This document shows, piece after piece, positions 34,482 to 44,383 of a stretch of 64,000 bases of DNA. The stretch covers positions 9,962-73,961 of the forward strand of contig CAVWXH010000008.1 of assembly GCA_963758915.1 (NCBI GenBank), read 5' to 3'. The DNA is from an uncultured Methanomicrobiales archaeon. Its GTDB lineage: Archaea > Halobacteriota > Methanomicrobia > Methanomicrobiales > Methanospirillaceae. The notes below the pieces were generated by a model. It was given only the letters and a program-made list of their open reading frames with translations. It did no database searches and had not been told where the DNA came from. Position 1 is the first letter of the stretch; the number at the start of each line of letters is the position of its first letter. The position numbers were made by a program, and so were the translations under genes.

Positions 34482-35513
34482 ATGCCAATGCATGAGGCGG
34501 CCCTCTACGAAAAATTACCCGATCAGATCGTTCGTTGTTCAGTTTGTCATCACCGCTGCACGATAAAAGAGGGGAAGACCGGCATTTGTTCGGTCAGGGT
34601 TAACAAAAAAGGTACACTGTATTCTACGACCTACGGCCTTGTTACTTCTGAAGCTGTTGACCCGGTAGAGAAGAAACCACTCTACCATTTCCTGCCTGGT
34701 ACGCGCTGTTATTCCCTCGGCGGGATCGGTTGCAATTTCCATTGTGATCATTGCCAGAACTGGCATATTTCAAGGGCTACCGGGGACATGGTCCGTATGA
34801 CCGGGCTCAGCCCTGCCCAAGGTGTTGCACACGCGGTCCGGCAGGGGTGCAGGAGTATTGCGTGGACTTATAATGAACCCACTATCTGGCATGAATATGC
34901 ACGTGATATGGGCGTACTTGCCAGGATGAAGGGGCTCGGCACCGTGTATGTTACAAACGGGTATATTACCGAGGAAGCGCTTCGCGATCTCTCTCCTGTG
35001 CTGAATGCATTCCGTGTTGACATCAAGTCATTTTCTGATGATTTTTACCGTAAAATCTGCGGAGGCAGGCTTGAACCTGTACTGAATTCAACGATTCTCG
35101 CAAGGGAGCTCGGGATGCATGTCGAGGTTGTCACCCTGATAATCCCCGGGTTAAACGACAGCCCGGAGGAGATTGATGCCCTGATTACGTGGATCCTCGA
35201 GTACCCGGGTCCCGCCACCCCTGTCCATTTTACCAGGTTCCACCCGGATTACCACATGACAGACCGTGCAGCCACACCTGTTGCAACACTGGAAAAAATT
35301 TACAAGCGGGCAAAAGAGCTGGGGCTCCGTTTCCCTTATCTCGGGAATGTTTCCCCTCACCCGTTTGAACATACCTACTGCCCTCATTGTGGCGAACTGC
35401 TGATAGAAAGGGCAGGATATGAAATATTCATCAGGAATCTTGATAACCACCATTGCGGGAGATGTGGCGAGGAAATAGAGATTGTCACGGATGTCGGAAA
35501 AAAACATGCATGA
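34482..35513 (+). CDS. amrS: AmmeMemoRadiSam system radical SAM enzyme
   Basis: DPVEKKPLYHFLPG, CNFHCDHCQNW, TYNEP, C-terminal CPHCG. Confidence 0.92.
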   Translation: MPMHEAALYEKLPDQIVRCSVCHHRCTIKEGKTGICSVRVNKKGTLYSTTYGLVTSEAVDPVEKKPLYHFLPGTRCYSLGGIGCNFHCDHCQNWHISRATGDMVRMTGLSPAQGVAHAVRQGCRSIAWTYNEPTIWHEYARDMGVLARMKGLGTVYVTNGYITEEALRDLSPVLNAFRVDIKSFSDDFYRKICGGRLEPVLNSTILARELGMHVEVVTLIIPGLNDSPEEIDALITWILEYPGPATPVHFTRFHPDYHMTDRAATPVATLEKIYKRAKELGLRFPYLGNVSPHPFEHTYCPHCGELLIERAGYEIFIRNLDNHHCGRCGEEIEIVTDVGKKHA

Positions 35514-36009
35514 AACCCGGTTTTTAATTGACCGTATGCTGGGAACACTTGGCAGGTACCTTCGCCTGATGGGGTATGATACGATGAGTGCCAATAGTCT
35601 CACTCCCGGGAACTCAAGGGAAGACACACTTCTGCTTGGGATCGCATTGCAGGAGGAGAGAGTTCTCCTTACCCGTGACAGGGAGCTTGCAAAACGGGGG
35701 GGTGAACGTGCAGTCTTAATCAAGGCGGTTTGTGTCCTCCCCCAGGTCCAGGAACTTGTTGACCTCGGGCTTGTAGTGCCCCGGCTGAGGATGACGCGGT
35801 GCTCTCTGTGTAACGAAAAACTGAGAAGTGCCCGGGAACGTGAGGTCAGATGCATACGTTATGCCCCTGAACAGCGCGCCGGATACAAATTTTTGTGGTG
35901 CGTTCACTGCAGGAAACTGTACTGGACCGGATCACATGCTGAAGAACTTGCAAACCGGTTAAAAAAAGGGATTAGAAGGTCCTTTCCATCAGGTGGATGC
36001 CTGCGTTGA
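35506..36009 (+). CDS. Mut7-C (PIN-like) RNase domain protein
   Basis: RFLIDRMLGTLGRYLRLMGYD, LLTRD, RCSLCN, C..C.K.YW.GSH. Confidence 0.9.
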   Translation: MHETRFLIDRMLGTLGRYLRLMGYDTMSANSLTPGNSREDTLLLGIALQEERVLLTRDRELAKRGGERAVLIKAVCVLPQVQELVDLGLVVPRLRMTRCSLCNEKLRSAREREVRCIRYAPEQRAGYKFLWCVHCRKLYWTGSHAEELANRLKKGIRRSFPSGGCLR

Positions 36010-36408
36010 TTGTGTGACGGCCTGGCTTCCAACAGGGCGTTTAAGCCAGAGAAGGTCTTTTCCTTCGTAACGGAATGAACGCATAAAAATAACTTTGATC
36101 TCTGCCGGAAGGCCTGAAACCTCTGTTCCCTGTGGTACTAACAGGCTGGCATGCCATGTGCCTTTTTTTGCTGCCGTTGTTTCTTTCCCTTCCATCAGGG
36201 ATGAGATTAACCCAGGTTCCACCATTCTCCCAAAAGTTGCAGCAACTGTCGTGACCTGGTTCGATCCCCGTCTTCTTGATAAGGAAAATATTTCGTCGTT
36301 CCCAATCTGTTTTGGGGCTCCTGAAATTACCCATCCCTCGCTTGCAGGGTAGTTGCGTTTCAGTTCCTTTTGCACGATGTCGTGCATAATGTCACCAGAA
36401 TATCCCAT
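35989..36408 (-). CDS. Hypothetical protein
   Basis: ORF with GGTG RBS-like upstream; LLVPQG..FMRSF motif. Confidence 0.7.
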   Translation of the reverse strand: MGYSGDIMHDIVQKELKRNYPASEGWVISGAPKQIGNDEIFSLSRRRGSNQVTTVAATFGRMVEPGLISSLMEGKETTAAKKGTWHASLLVPQGTEVSGLPAEIKVIFMRSFRYEGKDLLWLKRPVGSQAVTQSTQAST

Positions 36409-36640
36409 TAAATAAACACCTATTTTTACTTGCATCAAGGATAGTTAAACATTTTTTCCTTTTCCACGGCTAAAAATGCAATTTTAGTACTTAATTTTAC
36501 AGAAAATCAATCATCGATGAAATCCGGCGATGCAATGAAGTTCATTGTCAGCGCTCTTTCCAGGACTCCGTTTAATAAAATGATTATAATCCGGTTGTTT
36601 CTGGGATATGATTATAATCTCATGATATGACTTGTAATCA

Positions 36641-38815
36641 GTGAAACCAGGGGAGAGTGACAATACGTTGCCTCGTAACAGGAATAATCAACCAAATCAG
36701 AACATAACTGCCCCGGCACAGGGATCCCGTTATATTAACCGTGAAATCGGCTGGATAAGGTTCAACCGCCATGTCCTTGATGAGGCCTCTGATAAACGGC
36801 ACCCGTTACTCGAACGGGTTAAGTTCCTTTCCATATTTGCAAACAATCTCGATGAATTTTTCATGATACGGGTATCCGGTCTCCAGAGGCAGGTGGAAAG
36901 CGGTGTCCTTGAAGCGCCTCCTGACGGGATGAGCCCCATGGAGCAACTCGCAGAAATACATGATCTCCTGGCACCCCTCCTTGAAGCACAATCCGGGTGC
37001 TGGGAATGTGACCTGGTACCGGCAATGAAGGCAGAAGGGATCGAAATATTGCCTGTCAGTTCCCTTTCAGACGGGGAACGTTGCATTATGAGGGAATATT
37101 ACGAGCATGAGATATTCCCCGTGCTGACCCCGCTTGCGTTCGATAAGTCACACCCGTTTCCCTTCATCTCCAATCTCTCGCTGAACCTTGCTATCATGGT
37201 AAGAGACCCTTCGAGGAAGGAGGAGCTTTTTGCGAGGATAAAAGTCCCCACCGACCTGTTCCCCCGCCTTATCCGAATCCCGGAACAAAAACCAGGGAAA
37301 ACACGTAGTAAACCGAAGGAAAAATATGTATTTCTGGAGGACCTCGTTGCTGCCTGTCTCGACCGGCTCTTCCCGGGAATGGAAGTTGTTGCGGCGTACC
37401 CGTTCAGGGTAACAAGGGACGCAGATTTTGAGATTGAAGAAGATGAAGCATCAGATCTGCTGACTGCCATTGAAGAAAGTGTCGAGCTCCGGCGTATCGG
37501 ATCCCCGGTCCGTGTAGAAGTATCTTCGGCAATGCCTGCAGGTATATCTGAAATGCTCTCAATAAAACTCGGGATCAGCAGGGACATGTTCTACCGGGTT
37601 GAACCTCCTGTCGGGATGGCAGACCTGATGCAGTTGTATGGGCTCGACCGGCCTGACTTAAAAGATCAACCCTTCGTTCCATCCGTACCGTCATCACTTG
37701 AAGGAGATGCTGATTTTTTTGCAGAGATCCGGAAGGGGGATATCCTTCTGTTCCACCCGTATGATAGTTTTTCCCCGGTGGTATCGTTCTTAAAACAGGC
37801 TGCAAAAGACCCTGATGTCCTCGCTATAAAAATGACCCTCTACCGCGTGGGTCCGAATTCCCCTGTTGTTGATGCCCTGATGGAAGCGCGGGATAATGGC
37901 AAGGATGTAGCTGCGATGATCGAACTAAAGGCCCGGTTTGATGAGGAGAATAACATCGGATGGGCCAGGGCACTTGAAAGGGCAGGTGTGCACGTGGTAT
38001 ACGGGCTCTCCGGCCTAAAAGTTCATAGCAAGGTCTGCATGGTGGTACGGAAGGAGAAGGGGGGGATCATCCGCTATGTCCACCTTGGGACTGGAAACTA
38101 CAACGCTTCGACGAGCCGGATTTACACCGATCTCGGCCTGTTCACCCGGGACAACCTGATTGGGGCCGATGTAGCTGACCTGTTCAATGCGCTTACCGGC
38201 TATTCAAGGGTACATTCATACCGCTCACTTCTTGTCGCTCCGGTGAGTATCAGGAAAGGCCTCTTTGAGCGGATAGAGCGTGAAATAGAATTACACAGGA
38301 AAAAAGGTGGCGGTCACATAATTTTCAAGATCAACGCACTGGTAGACCGGGACTGCATCGATATATTATGCAGGGCTTCAGAGGCCGGGGTACGGGTGGA
38401 CCTCCAGGTACGGGGTATCTGTTGTCTTCGGCCTGGTCTCCCGGGTATCAGTGAAAATATCAGGGTTTCCAGTATCGTTGGGCGTTTCCTGGAACACCCC
38501 CGTATATTTTATTTTAGGAATGACGGCGACGAGGAGGTGTTCCTTGGCAGTGCTGACCTTATGCCGAGAAATCTCGACCGCCGTGTTGAAGTCCTTTTCC
38601 CGGTTAACGACCCGGCTATCAGGCGGGCGATTATCGATACTATCCTGGAGGTATACATGAAGGACACGGTGAATATGCGCATGCTGAACCAGGACGGTGA
38701 TTACACCAGGGTATGGCCCCTGCAGGGTGAGACCCCGTGCAATGCCCAGGCATGGCTGATCTCCCACCGGGGTATGTGGCATGAAAAAGCCAGGAAATCT
38801 TCGAAGAAAAAGTAA
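36641..38815 (+). CDS. ppk1: Polyphosphate kinase 1
   Basis: NREIGWIRFN, NLDEFFMIRV, HPYDSF, LKVHSK, GRFLEH. Confidence 0.96.
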   Translation: MKPGESDNTLPRNRNNQPNQNITAPAQGSRYINREIGWIRFNRHVLDEASDKRHPLLERVKFLSIFANNLDEFFMIRVSGLQRQVESGVLEAPPDGMSPMEQLAEIHDLLAPLLEAQSGCWECDLVPAMKAEGIEILPVSSLSDGERCIMREYYEHEIFPVLTPLAFDKSHPFPFISNLSLNLAIMVRDPSRKEELFARIKVPTDLFPRLIRIPEQKPGKTRSKPKEKYVFLEDLVAACLDRLFPGMEVVAAYPFRVTRDADFEIEEDEASDLLTAIEESVELRRIGSPVRVEVSSAMPAGISEMLSIKLGISRDMFYRVEPPVGMADLMQLYGLDRPDLKDQPFVPSVPSSLEGDADFFAEIRKGDILLFHPYDSFSPVVSFLKQAAKDPDVLAIKMTLYRVGPNSPVVDALMEARDNGKDVAAMIELKARFDEENNIGWARALERAGVHVVYGLSGLKVHSKVCMVVRKEKGGIIRYVHLGTGNYNASTSRIYTDLGLFTRDNLIGADVADLFNALTGYSRVHSYRSLLVAPVSIRKGLFERIEREIELHRKKGGGHIIFKINALVDRDCIDILCRASEAGVRVDLQVRGICCLRPGLPGISENIRVSSIVGRFLEHPRIFYFRNDGDEEVFLGSADLMPRNLDRRVEVLFPVNDPAIRRAIIDTILEVYMKDTVNMRMLNQDGDYTRVWPLQGETPCNAQAWLISHRGMWHEKARKSSKKK

Positions 38816-38934
38816 CGCTACCGCATGGTCATATCAGACCAGGCCGGTTTTTTTCATGGGATCACTTTCGCACCGCGGTGAAAAGGTTAATCGCCGCACA
38901 AGCGAATCTATTTCAGTAACATTTCTGATCGGTC

Positions 38935-39411
38935 ATGATTGTACTAGGTATTGACCCTGGGCTTGCGCGTCTGGGGTACGGGGTAATCGAGAAGAAGGGT
39001 AACCGGGCTACCCACGTCACCCATGGTTGCATAACGACTGACAGGGGGGATATGTCAGCGGGTGCAAGGCTCAATCAGCTCTATGGGGGACTGAAAGACC
39101 TGTTTCTGGAACACGGTCCGGAGTGTGCGGCAGTTGAAAAATTATTTTTTTCGAAAAATATCACGTCCGCGATGGCTGTTGCCGAAGTCCGCGGGATTAT
39201 TCTCTTACTTTGCGAACAGGAAGGGGTTCCCGTGACCGAATATACCCCTAACCAGGTGAAACAGGCGATAACGGGGTCAGGACGGGCAGACAAGAAACAG
39301 GTGCAGGAGATGATCAGACGGCTCCTTCACCTGCAGGAAATCCCGAGGCCCGACGATGCCGCTGACGGCCTTTCCATCGCTCTCTGCCATATCCATACCA
39401 TGAGGGAATAG
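38935..39411 (+). CDS. ruvC: Holliday junction resolvase RuvC
   Basis: LGIDPG, AVEKLFF, EYTP.QVK, DDAADG. Confidence 0.95.
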   Translation: MIVLGIDPGLARLGYGVIEKKGNRATHVTHGCITTDRGDMSAGARLNQLYGGLKDLFLEHGPECAAVEKLFFSKNITSAMAVAEVRGIILLLCEQEGVPVTEYTPNQVKQAITGSGRADKKQVQEMIRRLLHLQEIPRPDDAADGLSIALCHIHTMRE

Positions 39412-39544
39412 GGATGAAAGCGTTTGCCAGTATGGTGATTTCTCTCCCGGGCCGGTCGTTGCTGGGAAGAACCGGGACTTCACCAGACCACGGTAACAGG
39501 TACCGGGGTACAGGCATATTCCCCACGGCCGGTAGGTGACATAG

Positions 39545-40150
39545 GTGATATCACAACTCTTTGGAGAAATTGTTGCAACAGGCGATGGATTTGTGGTGCT
39601 GGATGTTGGTGGCGTTGGGTACCGGGTTAACATGACCTCCACCGATATCGTCGGCCTCTCCAGGTCTCCCGGGAAGAAAAAGGTACATACCCACCTGATT
39701 GTACGTGAGGACGCACTCGCCCTGTACGGATTTTCTGAAATGTTCGACCTCGGGGTATTCCAGCTCCTCATCTCTGTGAACCGTGTCGGCCCCCAGCTGG
39801 CACTTTCCATCCTTTCACAGGTCCCGGCGAAGGAATTTGTCCAGGCGGTTATCGGGGAGGATGAGAAAAGGCTGACAAGGCTTTCCGGAATAGGACCGAG
39901 GAACGCGAAAAGGTTAATACTCGAATTAAAAGACCGGATGAAGGAGCAGCTCCCGGCGTTCAAGACGGAGTCCCCCGGAGTTCCGGGCAATATCCGGGAA
40001 GACGTGGCTGAAGCCCTGATTGCCCTGGGGTTCCCCTCGCGCGAATCCTATGCTGCCGTTGACGAGACCTGCAGAAGGACAGGGCCCGTCGATTCGCAGG
40101 TATTATTGAAAGCCTCCCTGGTACTCCTGAAGGAGAGGAATAAGATATGA
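39545..40150 (+). CDS. ruvA: Holliday junction branch-migration protein RuvA
   Basis: [17 protein letters not shown], Hh[24 protein letters not shown]. Confidence 0.93.
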   Translation: MISQLFGEIVATGDGFVVLDVGGVGYRVNMTSTDIVGLSRSPGKKKVHTHLIVREDALALYGFSEMFDLGVFQLLISVNRVGPQLALSILSQVPAKEFVQAVIGEDEKRLTRLSGIGPRNAKRLILELKDRMKEQLPAFKTESPGVPGNIREDVAEALIALGFPSRESYAAVDETCRRTGPVDSQVLLKASLVLLKERNKI

Positions 40151-41139
40151 GGGAACGGGTGATCGAGGCTGTTGTAACCGGCGAGGACGAGATCGAGGAG
40201 ACGATCAGGCCATCAAAGCTGAAAGACTTTATTGGCCAGGAGGGCCTGAAAGAAACGCTGTCAATTGCAATAGAAGCGGCACAGAAAAGGGAAAAACCCC
40301 TGGACCATATCCTGCTTTCAGGTCCTCCCGGCCTTGGGAAGACCACACTCGCCCATATTATCGCCCACGAGATGGGCACCGGCATCCATTCAACGAGTGG
40401 CCCTGTGCTGGAAAAGCCAGGTGACCTCGCAGCAATTCTTACCACACTCTCGAAAGGCGATGTGCTCTTTATCGACGAAGTCCACCGCCTCAGCCCTGTT
40501 GTGGAAGAAGTCCTGTACCCGGCAATGGAAGACCTTGCTATCGATGTGATGATTGGCGAAGGCCCTGGCGCCCGGTCTATCAGGCTTGATATTGAGCACT
40601 TTACGCTGATCGGGGCAACAACAAAGATAGGTCTCCTGGGTTCACCGTTCCGTGACCGCTTCGGTCTGATATCCCGTCTTAACCTGTACAGTCCCGGTGA
40701 ACTTTCCGACGTCATCAGGCGAAGTGCCGGTATCATGCAGGTCAGTATTACGGAGGAGGCCGCGAGCGAAATTGCCGGCCGGAGCCGGGGGACACCGAGG
40801 ATTGCAAATCGGCTCCTCCGTCGCGTCGGGGATTTTGCGTTAGTGCGAAGCGATGGCACGATAACCCGGGAGGTGGCATCACATGCCCTCACCCTGCTTG
40901 GAATTGACTCGCTTGGTCTTGATGATCTTGACCGGCGGATCCTGACGGTCATTTCAGATGATTTCCGGGGTGGCCCTGTCGGTCTCAAGACGATCGCGAT
41001 CTCTGTAGGTGAGGAATCAAGGACGATTGAGGACGTGTACGAACCATACCTGATCCAGATCGGGTTTATTAAGAGGACTTCACAGGGAAGGGAGACGACA
41101 CCGGCTGCCGGTGCACATATCCACCAGCAGTGGTGGTAA
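40147..41139 (+). CDS. ruvB: Holliday junction DNA helicase RuvB
   Basis: [34 protein letters not shown]. Confidence 0.96.
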   Translation: MRERVIEAVVTGEDEIEETIRPSKLKDFIGQEGLKETLSIAIEAAQKREKPLDHILLSGPPGLGKTTLAHIIAHEMGTGIHSTSGPVLEKPGDLAAILTTLSKGDVLFIDEVHRLSPVVEEVLYPAMEDLAIDVMIGEGPGARSIRLDIEHFTLIGATTKIGLLGSPFRDRFGLISRLNLYSPGELSDVIRRSAGIMQVSITEEAASEIAGRSRGTPRIANRLLRRVGDFALVRSDGTITREVASHALTLLGIDSLGLDDLDRRILTVISDDFRGGPVGLKTIAISVGEESRTIEDVYEPYLIQIGFIKRTSQGRETTPAAGAHIHQQWW

Positions 41140-41181
41140 CTGTTTTCTATAAGTCTGTAAAGAGGGATGGTTTAGAAAACG

Positions 41182-41425
41182 GGCTTTGTCGAAACCCTGC
41201 GTAATAAAAAAGAGGTAATTTATAGACAGGAGCGGGTTTCACCCCCGAGAAGATATCCATTTGGCAGGTTCAACTGCAGTATTCCCGAAAATTTCTAATA
41301 TTTAAAGGTTATTTCCTCATCCAATTTCGTGTCGCCTGTGCGGCGGACAGAGCCCCTGGAGCGTGGAAATTTTTTTTTGAATAACTCAATCTGCAAGGAT
41401 AGATAGAGGGAATTGTAATGAAGCC
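41182..41425 (+). mobile_element. MITE-like repeat, copy 4 (degenerate)
   Basis: GGCTTTGTCGAAACCC start, GGGTTTCACCCCC, AGAGCCCC, GATAGA..GAAGCC end. Confidence 0.75.
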
Positions 41426-41594
41426 AAAAATCTTGTAAATGGATGATTATTGTATTGTATCAGCACAGGAGGTTGGTTATTCCGACCAACAGGAGGAGAG
41501 GTGCGCTGATTCGGGTATGGGGATTTTCTAGTCATGACATCATTCTATTACCTCCACAACAGGCGTTGTTCTTTCTCTCACCGGGACTTAATTT

Positions 41595-41867
41595 TCAGAA
41601 TATTGCTACAACCGCTTCTGACATCTCTGCAGCATCATCAATCTCTCTGGATACAGACTGTTGGACTATCCCTGAGGCCCTGGCATAGAAAACCCATCGT
41701 CTTTCCGGCTCAGTTATTGAATGGGAGAAGGGAAGGACATCAGGGATAGAATCCACCATCTTTGCTATTGACTGCCATTTTTTGATCTCCCTGTTATGAT
41801 CTGATACCTTCGTCTGGATTGTTCCCTGCTCAGATAATTCCCTGGTTTCCGCTGTCATGTCATCCAT
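41595..41867 (-). CDS. Hypothetical protein (possibly a remnant)
   Basis: AAGGTGA RBS-like before ATG; no recognisable motif. Confidence 0.4.
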   Translation of the reverse strand: MDDMTAETRELSEQGTIQTKVSDHNREIKKWQSIAKMVDSIPDVLPFSHSITEPERRWVFYARASGIVQQSVSREIDDAAEMSEAVVAIF

Positions 41868-42071
41868 GGCATCTCACCTTAGGAGTGATATTCACTAATT
41901 ATCGTTATTACTATATATATCTATGCTTCAATGTAATGCATTTAATTGATATATTTGTGTAATGCATAATCATAATGTAATAATACATTGCATAGAGATT
42001 ATTCGGTGTCATACAATAGAAAAATTCCAAATATCCAAAGATCTTGTAAGAGGACGGGGCCAGGTGTTGGG

Positions 42072-42629
42072 ATGTTAAAGGAAAAAGAAAGAGGACTGTC
42101 ACGATTTATTGAAATTCTCCGCGAACACCCCAGGGGGTTGACAATTGAAGAATTATCCCAGCTCCTGCCGCTTAACCGGAATGCAACATCTAAGTACCTG
42201 AACCGGATGCTCATCTCAGGCCAGGTTGATATGAAGACATTTGGTCCGGCTAAAGTTTTTTTTATCGCGAAGAGGGTACCAATTTCAGAGCTTATTAACC
42301 TGAGCTCAGATCTTATTATGGTCCTGGACCATGAAATGGTTGTACAACTGGTAAATAACAGGCTTCTTGAAGTTTTTTTTGTCCCCAGATCAGACATTAT
42401 CATTCATCATATCGACCATACCCGTTTTGGCACATCTATCAGTCCTGAATTAAGACAAATGATAAAAGACGGTGAAAATGGGGATGAACGTGTCATCATG
42501 GAAAAAATTACCATTAACGGGCAACAATGGCATTTTTTTGCTAAATGCGTACCAGTTGTGTTCGAAGAAGGCGAACGCGGGGTTTCAGTAATTCTCCGGG
42601 ATGTTAACATTTCGAAAGCGCACTCCTAA
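42072..42629 (+). CDS. Winged-HTH + PAS domain protein
   Basis: LREHPRGLTIEELS..NRNATSKYL..GPAKVF followed by PAS-like DLIMVLD..VN..ILRDV. Confidence 0.82.
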   Translation: MLKEKERGLSRFIEILREHPRGLTIEELSQLLPLNRNATSKYLNRMLISGQVDMKTFGPAKVFFIAKRVPISELINLSSDLIMVLDHEMVVQLVNNRLLEVFFVPRSDIIIHHIDHTRFGTSISPELRQMIKDGENGDERVIMEKITINGQQWHFFAKCVPVVFEEGERGVSVILRDVNISKAHS

Positions 42630-42845
42630 AACGACCGCATTCCCTGCAATCAAATTACATCAGCGAAAAGTCATAACCTTTTTAACAACCAGTGTACCAT
42701 CGGGATAATAAAAGGTTACAAGCTTCGACATACTGTCTTATTGTGTAAAACATACCCCAAAAAAAATATCTTTATGGTCCAATTCCCTTTCATTTTCCTT
42801 ATAGGAATTCAGAAAGGGGGAATATTGTAGAAAATGTAAAATAAG

Positions 42846-42860
42846 TTGGGGACGCTCCAA
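42846..42860. promoter_or_regulatory. Putative DtxR-family operator 1
   Basis: TTGG-N7-CCAA followed by AATA, upstream of the regulator gene. Confidence 0.5.
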
Positions 42861-42898
42861 AATATTTTTTATCTTTGCGGTACCATTCTACTATCCTG

Positions 42899-43369
42899 AT
42901 GGAAGAAATTGACCGCCTCCTTCTCTCGCCGAGAAAGGCCATGTATATGAAATTCATATATGAAAACCCGGAAACTACAAAGACCACAGAAATTGCGGCA
43001 CATTTCGGTGTAGATCCATCAACTGTAACAAAGACACTCATGGAACTGAATTCGATAGGCCTTATTTTCCATGAGCCTTACAGGACCACCAGCCTTACCG
43101 GAAAGGGGGAACGTTATGCTGAATACCTCGTCAGGAGACACCGGATTCTCGGGCTTGTACTCACCCATTACGGCCTTACCCCGGAAGAAGCCTGCGAGGA
43201 GTCCTCCCGTTTCGAGAATTCAGTCTCAAAAGTTGTCATCGATTCGATGTGCCGCTCGATGGGACACCCTATGATGGGGGTGTGCGGAAGGATTTCGCAC
43301 GACCCGTGTTGTTGCAATGGAGATCAAAACAGCCAGGATAAAAGGAAACCTCCAATATCCGCAAGGTAA
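42899..43369 (+). CDS. DtxR/MntR-family metal-dependent regulator
   Basis: TTEIAAHFGVDPSTVT HTH, LT.KG..YA..LVRRHR, CEESSRFE, Cys-rich tail. Confidence 0.9.
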   Translation: MEEIDRLLLSPRKAMYMKFIYENPETTKTTEIAAHFGVDPSTVTKTLMELNSIGLIFHEPYRTTSLTGKGERYAEYLVRRHRILGLVLTHYGLTPEEACEESSRFENSVSKVVIDSMCRSMGHPMMGVCGRISHDPCCCNGDQNSQDKRKPPISAR

Positions 43370-43387
43370 TGTATAGGACAGGAATAT

Positions 43388-43402
43388 TTGGCAGAGTACC
43401 AA
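43388..43402. promoter_or_regulatory. Putative DtxR-family operator 2
   Basis: TTGG-N7-CCAA followed by AATA, upstream of znuA. Confidence 0.5.
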
Positions 43403-43437
43403 AATAATCAGCAATATATGTTATAAACGAGGAAAAG

Positions 43438-44383
43438 ATGAAACACATCGAAATAACCCTTCTTGTCACCAGTATTCTCGTACTAAGTGTACTTCTTGCA
43501 GGGTGTTCCATGGCGGGGTCCCCAAAGGAGGACTCGACGAAAATCAAAGTCCTGGTAACAGTGTTACCTGAAGCAGATTATGTACAGGCAGTCGGGGGAG
43601 ACAGGGTTGAAGTCTTTGTCGCAGTGCCTCCAGGCGCTGACCCGCACACCTTTGAGCCGTCAGTTAAAGATATGGTGAAATTTTCCGGGGCCGATATCTA
43701 TGTCACCCTCGGAAAAGGACTCCTTCCGCTTGAGGACAACCTGGTGTCCCGGTTATCTTCCATGAACCCACGCATGAAGGTAGTTGAAGCTGCACCCGGT
43801 ATTGAGCTGCTTTTCCATGAAGATGGGCATGAGGGTGAGGATCATGAGGAAAACCAGGTTCCCGGTGCAGGGGCTGAGACACATTCCCACGAAGGGTCCG
43901 ACCCGCATATCTGGGTCTCCCTGAAAAATGCACCCGTTATAGTCAATCATATGTATGACGCACTGGCCGGTGTCGACCCGTCGAATGCACCATATTACCA
44001 GGCAAACCGCGATAAATTTCTTGCAAATATCACCATCATGGATAATGAGATTATGGAAATGCTAAATAAAACACCGGGCAAAAAGTTCATTGCCTCCCAT
44101 GCATCGTGGGGGTATTTTGCCCGTGATTATGGACTCACCCAGGTGGTAATCGGTCAGCCCGGGAAAGAAGCTACCGCGAAAGATATTGAGTCCCTTATCA
44201 GGGCTGCCCACGCAGAGGGAATTACTATTATTGTCGCAGAACCGGAATACAGCCGCAGAGCCTGCTGATATGATCGCAAACTCTGTCAACGGGACTGTTG
44301 TCATGGCAGACCCCCTTGCCCCGGGAATGCCTGGTGAATTACAAAAACTGGCGAATGAACTATCAAGGGCGGGTCTCAATTGA
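43438..44383 (+). CDS. znuA: Zn/Mn ABC transporter substrate-binding lipoprotein (one +1 frameshift at ~44261)
   Basis: LAGC lipobox, DPHTFEP, His/Glu loop, DPHIW; C-terminus (ADMIANSVNG..DPL) continues in another frame to 44383. Confidence 0.85.

Noticed and set aside
39277-40988. Long antisense ORFs (237 and 342 aa) opposite ruvA/ruvB, and similar shadow ORFs elsewhere
   Set aside because: They mirror well-supported genes, are Ser/Arg/Pro-rich and show no motifs.
44263-44268. TGC-TGA at the end of the znuA ORF as selenocysteine or readthrough
   Set aside because: The missing C-terminus lies in a different frame, so this is a frameshift, not in-frame recoding.
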